A DNA stretch of 64,000 nt from Lytechinus pictus (Eukaryota). The stretch covers positions 20,398,001 to 20,462,000 of the forward strand of contig NC_087246.1 in assembly GCF_037042905.1 (NCBI RefSeq), given 5' to 3'. Below the pieces are notes generated by a model. It searched no databases and was not told where the DNA came from. It worked only from the letters and a program-made list of their open reading frames with translations. The position numbers and the translations under genes are program-made. Shown in pieces: positions 1 through 12,238 of the stretch; within the stretch, counting starts at the first letter, position 1; the number at the start of each line of letters is the position of its first letter.

Positions 1-2158
1 TCCATACCAACAAAAAGTTTATTTGAATAGAAAATAAAATCAAACAAGCTTAACACTGAAAATTTCATCAAAATAACAGTTACAGGCATATAGGGAACTG
101 CTGAGATTATACATGTAGATAGGCCCCCCGGGAGATAGGCCTATTAGATAAATGGATTTTATTGAAAACATCACATCTTGCAGTTCATTCTTTTAATATG
201 AATTAAACATGAATTACAAATATAAACATCAGATAATGTCACTAACTCACAATTTCATTTGTATTTTACTTTAAGAAAATGAATGAACTGTGTCATTGTT
301 GTTCCCTATTGTGATTATATGAAGAGTGTCTATACATGCAGTGTCAGCAGACAAAAAAGTGGAAGCTCGCCCTTAAAATATAATAATTTATGGCCTCCAA
401 CATGGTGTCAAGATAAAAGGCACAGAAGAAGATAAAGTCTGGAGAATGATCAAGTGTGAGACCACATTTTAATTAACTAATGAATATATCACAGCAAGAA
501 ATGTTAAAACATGTACAGTAGACTCTCACATGAGTATTGTGTTGTGATTATGAGAGCAATTGAAGAGAATTGGTCTAAAAATAAACGTGACACAATACAT
601 AACGCAGGGTGCATCTCCATTGTTAAAAGAATGTGTCCCAGTTTATTCTTGTACATGTTCAACAAAATGCGATCTGTACATTCTGCAGTCCAAAATGGTC
701 TTAAAAAAACACTGCGTGAAACAAGGAGAAGAAATGTCTAAAAGTACTGTTTTGCTATAAAATCCCATTATCTCATTCATAGAATACATTTTTCGTTCAC
801 AAACCACATTTTCTCCTAACTCCTCCTCTTCCTCCCCAATCCTTATTACAGGTGGTCCAGAATTTAGCCCCAACCTGACTTTTCCAGTGTGTGCACGTTT
901 CACAAAAATTCAAATCACAACATGGCCAGATGCACATGTCCAAGATCCACATTAGTACAGTCCTACCACAACATAGTAGGCGGTGCTGCACCAGCCCGAG
1001 CTTGCTCAATCTCGAGGATTTTAGCCCGATCAGCCCTCATTGCGATTAATCTTGAGATTGCATGTTTTTTACTCAATATGTGGAAAATAAAATTGAATTG
1101 AATTGAATTGAATTGAATTCAAGAAACCCCATCTCCACCAGCGCAAGAAGAGCAATTCCTGCTCGAGCGAGGCATCAATGCATTATGGTCTGAAGCCATG
1201 AATGAATAATCCCGAGTGCATCTGCACCTGTGAATCAGCGGGATATTTCATAAAATACCGCGCTATTATGCAAATAATCCTAAGTTGTCTTGGGATTGCA
1301 ATCTTTAGATTAATCCAGTGAACATCCCGATGATTGCATCTCCATTACAAATAATCTCGAGATTGTTCAGATCCCATGATCGGGATAATTTGGTGGATCA
1401 GAAATAGCATGATTATTTGAAAACTCAGGCTGGTGCAGACGGACCTAGTGATCTTGTTATGCAGAATGGTAAAACGTTGTACGTACAGTACATGGAATTG
1501 TGAAGCATGGATTAGAGTTAGGGTGAAATTGAAAGCTGGGATTTCCATGTTCAAAGCCTGGCAAGCTACCAGCATGGAATCCCATGGATTACTGCCAGTT
1601 TGTTTCCCATTCCTTCATCGAAGGTCATGATGAGCTGTGATACTATATGACGGGCCAATTAAACGTGGTTCCCAATTAAAGGTGAAGCCCACCCTCATAA
1701 TGTGTTTGCTTTCAAAAATAGAAACGAAAAGGTCAGCGGAAAAGAGCATATATATTCTATAAAAAGGAGAAGCAGTACATTTCCAAAGAAATCCAATACA
1801 AGTTTTGCCTGTTATTCTAGGGGTTGCATGCAAAAAAAAAAATCAGTGATGCAGTATGGCCAAGAGAATTCTGTTCTTGGTTAATTTTTATAATATTTCA
1901 TTTTCTTTTGCACAAACATCAGTTTGTATCCAACAGGAACATTTAACTTTTCTGCATAAAATTTTACATTTAGGCCTACAAGTACATGTACATGTATGAT
2001 TGTCAAAAAGCCTGCAGGCCTACTAAGTAGGTCTATATTTTTGTAAAACATCTTAAGATAAAATTCATTTTCTAATTAATTGTCAGATAAAATGATGAAG
2101 AGTACAATAAAAACGGCACCTGAAATGAGATAGTTAAGGGTAAAATTTACATTCAAAA

Positions 2159-2742
2159 CTGGGGGGGGGGGCCACTTCCATTGACGAGTGGATACCATGC
2201 GCGACCATGGGGTCTTGAAAAGCACCCTAAACACATATTTTCCATATTCAGAAAATGCACCCCTTAACAAGTATTGGCGTGTGAAACCCTACCCTTAACA
2301 AGTATTGGAAACAAAACGATACTCTTGGCAAGTATTCCCTGAATTGACCCCCTAAACAAGTACAATGATATTTTTATTATTATGTCACTGTCGTCGGATT
2401 TACCTATACCTGATTGGGTTTAGTACAGCCCCACCTCCCACATCTCGCGCAAAAATCGTACTCTAAACACGTAAAGTAGTGTTAAATCTTGGGGCAAAAA
2501 GTACATCCTTTACAAAACATTTTAGTCTTAATTTTTCACACCCTCGCAAATTCGACCCTAAACACGTAGCTTTCCTAGCGAAAATAGATACCCTTTTTTC
2601 ATTATTTTAGTGTTTTTGACACCCTTATTACGTTGCGTACGTAACATGCCCTATCTTGAAAAAGACATCCTTTTTACATGTTTTTCTCGTCGCGCATGGT
2701 ATCCACTCGTCAATGAAAGTCGCCCCCCCCCCCCCCCCCCGG
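2159..2742. mobile_element. Non-autonomous DNA transposon (MITE) with poly-G/poly-C termini, hAT-like 8-bp TSD
   Basis: Terminal inverted repeats GGGGG..CACTTCCATTGACGAGTGGATACCATGCGCGAC / GTCGCGCATGGTATCCACTCGTCAATGAAAGT..CCCCC; flanked by ATTCAAAA at 2151-2158 and 2743-2750. Confidence 0.8.
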
Positions 2743-4037
2743 ATTCAAAATCATACTCCCAGCAATACCCAACACCTGAAGATTTTAAAGTGACCCCCAA
2801 AAAGGGGGCATGGTGGGGTCAACACGATCCATCAGTCTGCAGTGAGGGCAGTCAATATAGGCCTACATATTATACAGTAACTATCATGCAAGATGGAAGT
2901 GTCCTCTGTTATAGGAATGTTAATAGTATCCCCACCTGGGTGACTGTTGAGAAAGCATCCGCAATCTGCAAGACCATTCTAATTTCTCTGCACAGTGCAC
3001 ACCATAATTAACTATCATAGTTTTTAGACACAAAAATTACTTTTATATTCACATCCAATTGATACAGAATAAGAGAAATCACCTGATAATTTTTTATCAG
3101 TATTTTTATCAAAATCTGACAATGAGACAGGTTTATCTTGGGAGTTTATATATTATTTACATGTATAATTTGCAATATCCCTGAATGAATGTTAATGAAA
3201 GTAGGTAGGCCTACACGTACATGTCAGCCTACTTGTTGAAAGTACAAGAACTTCTGCAGGGGTTTTTCTTCCAAACTTGTGGGGATATTTGAAGTGGGAA
3301 AAAGAAGTTTTCATGTGAGAGAAGAGTGATGAACCTCAATGCTATTGGAATCCAAATCTCGTTGCTTCCTCATATTTATGAAAACTTTTCTTGTTCAGGC
3401 AGGTGAGAACATGGAATATTATGGGGAGCGTTTAAGACTTGTACCTGTTTTCATACATGTGTAGGCCTTAAGTCGTGTAGTCAATATGATCAGACAGGTC
3501 TGATAAGTGGTCAGTGTGCAAAGGACGCTTGCAGACAAGTGATTGCATTGTCATTCCCTTCCATCCCTTGATTCAAAAAGCTACAGAACGAGTTGCTGCT
3601 CAGTAAAGGTAATGTTGAGTACACGTGTGTTGCCTCAACTTGGGGGTGGGCAAGATGGTGTAATGTTTTAATATCCTTTCAGGTTCAAAAAAACATAACT
3701 TTACAATCTTTCTCATTTTCATATATTGGCCTCATTAACACACACAATTAAAGAAGCACATGCCTGTTTAAATAGGAAAGTGTATTGATGCGACATCACT
3801 TTTTAATACAACAATTCAAGGCATAGGCCTGTACGGTATGCACCTGGGCCTACATGTACATAAACACTGCACAATTTGTGTGCTCTCAACTCCTTTTAAT
3901 ACTAAAACAATTAGGCCACTTTCTCCCAAGCCTGCAAAAGTGTTAAAAAAAACATTTTGAGCCAAAAATCACACAGATACCAAGTTATTAGTTTTTCTTT
4001 ACTTTTTTTTTTCAGAAGAAAATTGGATAATACTTAC

Positions 4038-4143
4038 ATCTAAGTTTTTCTGCTTGCCTTCCTCTTGTCAGCAAGACAAGTCCACAAAACAGATCCTTGA
4101 AAGTAATTCCTTTATTAGTCCCGCCGAAAGCAAAGAAAAGATG
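4038..4143 (-). CDS. USP32: USP32 coding exon 3 (106 bp): HLFFAFGGTNKGITFKDLFCGLVLLTRGRQAEKLR
   Basis: Hand translation; AG acceptor at 4145-4144, GTAAGT donor from 4037; resembles remembered vertebrate USP32 VIYCSFGGTSKGLHFNNLIVGLVLLTRGKDEEKAK; phase fits exon 2. Confidence 0.9.
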
Positions 4144-4353
4144 CTGAAGTTAAAAAAAGAGAGCAATCAAAGAAAATATGAAAACATTGTAAGATCGTCA
4201 GCCCACACAAACAATTGGTGTCACTGAAAAACTGAACATAATACTTTTACAGGTACATTTGAGCAACATTTTGAAAGACCTCCATGTACATGTACATGTG
4301 CCCTCTACAATATTCACAAAATGGATTCGTCTCTTTTAATGCATGAACCTTAA

Positions 4354-4939
4354 AGGAGAATGAAACCCTTGAAACCAGCTGAATCCATATCAAAGAGAAA
4401 TATCAAAGAAACATATTGTTGAAAGTTTGAGGAAGATCGAATGAATAATAAGAAAGTTATGAGCATTTGAATATTGAGATCACTAATGCCATGTAGATCC
4501 TCCCATTGGCAATGCGACCAAGATCTGTGATGTCACACATGTACAACTCCCTCATTACTTTAGTACTTATATTTCACTTATATTCTCATTTTTATAGAGT
4601 CTATCACAAGGTGAGGTGTTCTCTTTATGAGAGGACAAGTACAGAGGTTTCACAACATTATATCATTGATGAATCGTTTGTCATATGATTAGAATGAGCA
4701 AAAAGAGATGTTTTGGGGTATATTTTCAGTGTCCAAAAGGGGAGAGTTGTTCATCTGTGACATCATAGATCTTGGTCGCATTGCCAATGGGAGGATCTCC
4801 ATAGCATTAGTGATCTCGACATTCAAATGCTCATAACTCTTATATTGCTAGTCCTATTTTACTCAAACTTTTGTTGATCTTATTCTTTGATTTTTCTGCT
4901 TTCACAAAAGCTAACTTGCTCCAAGAGTTTCATTCTCCT
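4354..4939. mobile_element. MITE with TTAA target duplication and long TIRs (Kolobok-like)
   Basis: TTAA|AGGAGAATGAAAC...GTTTCATTCTCCT|TTAA; imperfect inverted homology extends roughly 190 bp inward. Confidence 0.8.
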
Positions 4940-4942
4940 TTA

Positions 4943-5362
4943 AGCCCAGCACACATTATGCAACACGATTGCACTTAGATTCGATAGGAACAAAGTTGCC
5001 AATCGCATGTTCGTGCAACTGCATTGCTGACCTGTCAACGCACACATTTGCAACAGCTCTACAGCACGTTGCATCTCACGGCGACTCTTCTTTCGCAAGA
5101 ACTTTGCCTGCGCTGCAGTAGCGCAGCAAACTGGCCATGACATCATCGTCTAGGACAAATCTGAGTGGTTGAAATGAGCAAAATAGCAGAAAAATTGCAG
5201 AAACATTTGACATGTCAAATGTCTGAGATTTGGTCTGAGATCCTACTGCAACAAAGCGGGTCGCAGTTGTAACGTGTTGTATGTAGGTTGGCACGCACAC
5301 TCTGTGATTTTGAATTGCAATTTGGATCTTGGTGCAATCCGTCGCAAAGTGTGCACTGGGCT
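4943..5362. mobile_element. PIF/Harbinger-like MITE
   Basis: TTA|AGCCCAGCACAC...GTGTGCACTGGGCT|TTA; 3-bp TTA TSD. Confidence 0.65.
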
Positions 5363-5405
5363 TTACATGTACATGTACATAGATCTAATTATGCACTTTA
5401 ACTTA

Positions 5406-6084
5406 GGCCCCTGTTACATCTGAAAGTTTCCTACCCGAGACCCGACCGAGTCCACTTGCAACCTTGACTGGATTATTGGTGGATTAGCTTCGCGAACGGA
5501 CCGAGTCCGAAATGTGGTCTGTTTACATCACAGCGTTCATTCCCTCCCCTATCGGTACGGTTTCGAGCGGTATCCGATTGCTGACACCAAAGGGCACTCT
5601 CGATCTAGGCTCTGAATAATTTGCGCGCGCTAATTGAAGTTGTTTACATTTCGTTATTCTGGAAGCATGCTGATGATCCCAGCAGTCGTTGAAGATATGA
5701 TCGATTTGGAAAGAATACGTCTAAAGTGCTTCCTTCTTTCCACTAAAATCAAAGACTTTATCAATCACAATTCACATGTCAAAAGCCGCAAAACATTCGA
5801 AGAACGACGGGGCTGGGGAGGGGATAGCGCGCGCTATGACGTAATTTGACAGCTGGCGAACGGACCGAGATAGGTTTGAAAGCTTGTGTGCGTTTACATC
5901 TACGAATCGGTGGACCGGGGCCGGCCCGATACCTACCCGAGACTACCTCTTGATGTGGTCTCGGGTAGGTTTGCTAAAAGGTGGCCCGAGGTAGGTTTGG
6001 GATGTTTACATCTGATTTCTTTCCGACCCGAGGTAGGCCCCGGGCCGGCCCGAGGTAGGGAATCTCTCAGATGTAACAGGGGTC
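5406..6084. mobile_element. PIF/Harbinger-like MITE
   Basis: TTA|GGCCCCTGTTACATCTGA...TCAGATGTAACAGGGGTC|TTA; internal CCCGAGGTAGG subrepeats. Confidence 0.8.
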
Positions 6085-6754
6085 TTACAGGTAGGTGCAT
6101 GTAGGATTAATATTGTACACTTACATGATAGCTTCTTTTCTTTTACAATCATCTTTTTAACAACATTTTTTTGCAAATGAGAAGAGGTTGTGGCTTCCAA
6201 TGTCATCAGCAAAAATTTGCCAACTATATGTACTCTGTATGAAAAAATTAGAATTCTGCACTTGTCCACTATTAAAAGTAAGTGCATGCTGCTACTACAA
6301 TTTAAATTATTAATTCATATAGAATTATTCAAATACACATGGAAGTAGGCCTAGTAAAATGGCCATATTTCTTTTCAAGAAGTACACTGTATTTTGAATA
6401 TTTTCAGAGAAAATTATAATGTCATACACAACAATAATCTAATAAAACATGTAGCAATAAACACAACATAACAATCAAATAATACTCCATCTTTTCAGTC
6501 TAATACTGAGCTGTGGCCTATTTTTCTTCCAGCCAGAAGGTCTCTAACATTGTACTTTAGCACAGGATATTGTTTTCATTGCCAGCTATAATGACAAGGA
6601 AAGGAAACCAAATGACATGGACAACACCAGTGATGTCTTTTCCACTCATTGCATTTTTTTCCTTTCACACAGGACAGTATTCTACAATCTTTGCTGTGCT
6701 CAGTCTGTTCATGAGCTCTGTAATTCAACCAGGGAAAATGCTTCCCTTCTTTAA

Positions 6755-7459
6755 AGATCAAGTCCACCCCAGAAAAATGTTGATTTGAACAAATAGTGAA
6801 AAAATCAAACAAAGACAACACTGTAAAGTCCATCAAATCGGATTATAAAATAAGAAAGTTATGACATTTTTAAGTGTTGCTTATTTCTCACAAAAGAGAG
6901 AGTGATTATGCAAATAACAGAGTTCATGATATACCTCACTCATTATTTCTTTTGTCTTGTATTGTTTGAATTATACAATATTCATTTTTTACCGATGTGA
7001 CAATAAGGACCAACTTGACTGAACCATGAATTTTTTTTAAAGGTTAAAACATTGGTATACAACAAGTTAAGGGAACAAAACTTTGTTTCACAGGATAATA
7101 AGAAAATTTTAATCTTTCCTAAATTTCATATATAATAAATTACCAAAAAAATAGTGAGTGGGTGACATCATTAGTCACCTCATTTACCAACCTGGGGCGT
7201 GTTTCATAAAGGACTTACAACTGTTATAACTTTGCCACTACCATGGTAACAGGGCTCATCAGCCAATCAGAATCAAGGTTACCAATGGTAGTTGCCATAT
7301 AGTAGCAAAGTTACAACAGTTGCAAGTCCTTTATGAAACGGAACCCAGGATGTGCACATCACTTCAAAATATCAGATTTTGATGAAATTTTTAGTGTTAT
7401 GCTTGTTGGATTTTTCTCTTTTTATTCAAATCAACTTTTTGTTGGGGTGGACTTGTCCT
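6755..7459. mobile_element. TTAA-type (Kolobok-like) MITE with a nested small MITE (~7192-7348)
   Basis: TTAA|AGATCAAGTCCACCCC...GGGGTGGACTTGTCCT|TTAA; nested element CTGGGGCGTGTTTCATAAAGGACTT...AAGTCCTTTATGAAACGGAACCCAG. Confidence 0.7.
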
Positions 7460-7664
7460 TTAAATTACACTATGGGGGGGGGGGGACATCACCAATAAGT
7501 GAGCTCTGGCATTTCACCTCTGGCTCTGTGTCAAAGTTTTGTTCTCTTCGCAGTAGATTAGAGAGCCACTGGCATCGTGTGAGCATGGAGCTGTTCTAGC
7601 TCCATGGAGAGAGATGTCGGACCTGTAATAAATGTATTTGTGGGTCTTTTATCAATCTACTCTA

Positions 7665-8464
7665 CAGTGCGTCCCACAAAAAACGAAACCGAGATTTATC
7701 AATGATTTATCATAACTTAATCACAAATACAATAGACAAATGACCTACCATTGTAAAGCTTAGAATCTCCTCTTTCATCTAAAATTACTTAGATTATTTC
7801 TCATTCACGCATGAGTGAGCAAAAACAATTTGAAGAGGGGATACCAAAAAGTCATTTGGCGGGCTGTATCTGGTTTTCAAAAAGAAAATCACATTTCTAA
7901 AAAGTTCAATACTTGCTCTTTAATTTGATACCTCAATTACAGAAAATGGTCAAGAAAAAAGAAATTATTGAATTTCAATAATTTCATAAAATGAAGAGGT
8001 TTTACAGGCTAGCGTTCAAACTCACTCGACACTCCGTTTTGTTTACGATCAGCCATGCATGAAGTCTTTTGTTAACCATGCGATAGCTTCTGTGGGAAAC
8101 CGGTGAAAACACGTTTATTTAATGAAATTATGGAAATACAAGCATTGTTTCGAGGGAACGTAAATTTTTTACTTCTTGACCATTTTTTGTGATTAAGGTA
8201 TCAAATTAAAGAGCAGATATTGAACTTTTTAGGCATGTGATTTTCTTTTTAAAAGTCAGATACCCCCCGCCAAATGAGTTTTTGGTATCCTTTCTTCAAA
8301 TTGTTTTTGCTCACTCATGCGTGAATAAGGAATAATCTAAGTAATATCAGATGAAAGAGGAGATTCTAAGCTTTACATTGGTAGGTCATTTGTCTATTGT
8401 ATTTGTGATTAAGTTATGATAAATCATCGATAAATCTCGGTTTTGTTTTTTCTGGGACGCACTG
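7665..8464. mobile_element. Tc1/mariner-type MITE with ~300-bp TIRs
   Basis: TA|CAGTGCGTCCCA...TGGGACGCACTG|TA; long near-perfect inverted arms. Confidence 0.85.
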
Positions 8465-8917
8465 TATAGTCAATCAAGATGAGTATGGGTAACTTTTATA
8501 GTGACATCAAAACTCTGAAACCAACTAAAATTTGACAGACATCAACCCATCTCGGCAGGTAAACTGCTTTTCACGATACTACTCAATTTTGAGATTCCAT
8601 AACGCTTTATTTTTAATCAGATTTAGATGAAATTTTAGTGCTTTCCCCTTTGAATTTTCTCTACTTATTTATGGACATACATGTAGGCCTACTGTATTAT
8701 CATTTTTACTAGTCTGGATTACCTCTTCGTTTAAAGTACATGTAGATGTTCTTTGTTTCTTCCCTCAAACCTTTTGCTTTCCCTTTATATATTAATAATG
8801 AATTTTTGAAAGTGCATTACAGAATAATTTCAATAGAATTGTGGTGCTGACTGGTGCATGTATGTTTGAAGAGCTGCCACTATGTGCATGTATGCCTTTC
8901 GCAAGATGTTTTAATAC

Positions 8918-9188
8918 CAGGGGCCCGTCTTACAAAGAGTTGCGATTGATCCTTTCAATTACAACTATGGACGGCCAGTAACGTCAACATCTAAAATGCA
9001 TGAATGTTCAAAATGTTTTCTAGATATGACGTAATAAATTCATTGTTTTCTTGACAATTTAGTGTGTTCGCCTTTATTTACAAAGGACATTTTGAAAATT
9101 TTATGTAGAAAAAATTATGACACTGATGGATTTCCATAAAGTTACTATTGATTGGATCAATCGTAACTCTTTGTAAGACGGGGCCCTG
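8918..9188. mobile_element. Short MITE
   Basis: CAGGGGCCCGTCTTACAAAGAGTTGCGATTGATCC...GGATCAATCGTAACTCTTTGTAAGACGGGGCCCTG; TSD not clean. Confidence 0.7.
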
Positions 9189-11327
9189 TTCTAATGGAGA
9201 TTTTCTAGTGTGAACAGGACATACATTACTTTTAAAAGCAAGTAGATTCAAACACAAGTCCTTGGTTATTCTGCTTGCATCACTTTACATCCAGAACCAC
9301 TTTCAATGCAGAACATGGCTTACTCCTCCTCAAATGGATGAGTCAGACATTAGCAATACATTGAGAATTGGAGAGCGTTTCATGAAGCACTTTCTCAATA
9401 ATAATCACCGACATATTCGCTCTCAGCCAATCAAATGCAAAAATAGCAGTAGCGTATAAACAGCTATCAGCCCAAATCACCGACAGAGTGCTTTGTGAAA
9501 GGCTTCCCAATTCAGATGGGAGCAGAGATGAAGGAGGGGCAATCTAATACAATTTGGATGGGTGAGGGGAGATTTAGCAAATCTTTAAATTATTTGTTGT
9601 ACCAACTTCTTCCGCCTAAAATGTAACATTGCTGGAGGCAATTTACCCGAAAAAGCATTCAGTTTGCATGCACCAAATGGCACCAGTTGCAGTTGAATTA
9701 TTACAAGAAATTTGTAGGCGTATCACCTTAGAATAAAATGTAGTTGGTATACAATCTTTGTTGATATTTCCATGCAATGTACACGTACATGATGTGACAA
9801 AGACATGGTATGCAAAGATACTGTCCTTTGGGTGTAGGCACTTCACTTCAAATATACAGAAATTCCATGCATTGAATTGGAGCCACAAAAACCACCAGCT
9901 AGCTGGCCATCTGGAGATGTGTGTTCATGTGAGGAGTGCTCTACACATAACATTGTAGGACAACATAGTTCTGTTGTACTAGTGTCAACATCTATAGAAG
10001 TTGTTTGAAGATCAAATCATTTTATGTGAAAACAGTTTCATATATGATGTGAAGTACATGATGTACATGTCATTCAGTAGGGGGGAGGGGGAATAACATA
10101 TATGCAGTCCTATGTACAGATGTACATGTAGGCCAAAAAATGGAATAAAAGTCTACAGTGTACATTTCCCTATTCATTGCGATGATTTCAAGATGGTTTT
10201 CATGGACAGATAAATAAAACAGTTGATTGAAACAATAATATTTGATTTAGAATTTGCATTCATTTTTAAAGATGATTTTACTGAAAAACAGGATGGTTTT
10301 TAATTTGAACGATGTATCACAATTTGCAACGTAGCAGTGCTACATGTACAGTGTACATGTACAATGTATACTTTTGGCTAATTGGTAACGGTTAGCCTAC
10401 ACGTACATTCTTAGTATTGAGGGTAAATTGTGAAAAACAAACCAAAGTTGTCCATATTTTTAAAAAAGTGAACATGTATGGTTATAGGCCGAGGTAGTTC
10501 CTTCAAAAGAGTTGCAACAATAAATGTACTGAACTTTGGGGTGCCTGTGAACAAAAAGTAGGCCCCACATGTACATGTTGATGCATCATCCATTGCCAGA
10601 TATCTGTATGTACAGGTATAAACTCTGCCTTAGAAGTCAAATCTTTTGAAACCATAAAAAGTCTGTTACATGTATATACGTAGGAGAAATACAACCAAGA
10701 AAAGATTTTGTATAATCTGGTCTAAAAATTTGCTCTGCCTTAGGTGAATTTTTGACTTCAAATACAAATTTCAAACAAGTTCAAAATACAAATATTAGAT
10801 TGCTGCTCCCATACATGTACATGTACATGTATGCACCAAGTGTAATTTATGTATTGAAATCCACTATTGGGGATTTTTCATAAGATTGCATCAAGTGTAA
10901 TTTATGTATTGAAATCCATTATTGAGGATTCTTCATAAGATTTTTAAAGTCATTATTAAGACAAGACATTTTCATGTTTGACCTCTGTGACATTTGATCG
11001 GTACAGCACCATGCCTCAAATCGTTTTTTTTTTCCAAATTCCATAGCTAAATGTTGATTTTTTTTTTCAAATTCCTCTAAAAAAAACACCACCTCAATAA
11101 ATTGGGGCACTGAGGTGATTTCTGTCATGGCAAGGGTTTCTTTTTACTTGATAATTACGTAAATTGAGGGCGCTATATCGACTAACACCAATCGTTATTC
11201 TGCTGGTGAATTTTCAAAGTAAAATTTGTGATTTTTTCAACTTTTATATAATTTCGGACTCATTGTATCAAACTATTTGGTTGGAGTAACCCTACAACCT
11301 ACTTCGAGAGAAATTTTGGATACCAGC

Positions 11328-12186
11328 ATGTATCCTAGAAGTGCGAGTAAACGTCACAAAAAGAAGCGAGGATCATCCAAAAAAGACCATGATGTCCTGG
11401 GCAGCCCAGTGGGCCGAGGCCCGGGGGCAGCTCACATGTCCGAAGAGGATGACCACTCTCCTTCTTTTGCTGGTCAGCCACCCAAATCACCGTCAACTCC
11501 AGGGCCTATTCATCTTGAAGACTTGAATGAAACTCTCCATGAACGCATTGTTAAAGCCCTTGGTAATCAGAAAGTGATTGATACAATAACAAAGACTGTA
11601 ACAAAAGCTATCCTGGATACAGTGACCCAAAGGGTGTATCAATCACTGGACCACGACGTCCAAGCGAAACTTTCAAAGATCCAAAAACTCGAAAAAGAAA
11701 TAGATGATCTACAGAGAAATAGAAATTTCGGCAGCAGAAATCAAAGAACAGGAAAGTTATAGTCGACGGAACTGTCTTCTCATTCAAGGATTAAAAGAAT
11801 CAGCCAACGAAGATACCAACGAAATGATTGTGAAACTTGCGAAAGAGAAGCTGCGAATCAACATGGTCGTCGAGGACATCGACAGATCCCATCGTCTTTA
11901 CCCAAGGAACCCTGATGGTGCAACGCATAACCCGAAAACTTTGATAGTGAAATTTGCGCGATACAAAGTGAGAGATGATTTCTACAGGTCTCGCACAAAA
12001 CTGAGAGGGAGCAAGATCTTCATCAACGAGCATCTAACTAAGAAAAGGCAAATACTTTTCAACAAAGCTCGCAAGTGTGAAAAGGTGAAGAAAATCTGGA
12101 CAAATGACTGTAAAATCACTGTTCTCACGAGGGATGACAAAAAGGTGAGGATCTCATCTGAACGTGATATTGAACAGTTATTATAA
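11328..12186 (+). pseudogene. LINE ORF1 (coiled coil plus RRM-type L1-like ORF1 domain), one frameshift near 11715
   Basis: ORFs 11277-11762 and 11704-12186 overlap in different frames; motifs EQESYSRRNCLLIQGLKE, DIDRSHRL, IFINEHLT are typical of this ORF1 class. Confidence 0.75.
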
Positions 12187-12238
12187 CCTGTGTCCCGTAG
12201 GTTCTCCCATCCGACTAAGAACCCACTGACTGGAACTT

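Noticed and set aside
1-4037. Further USP32 exons
   Set aside because: No segment resembling the expected next exon (YIFxLF...) was found by eye; it probably lies left of the window.
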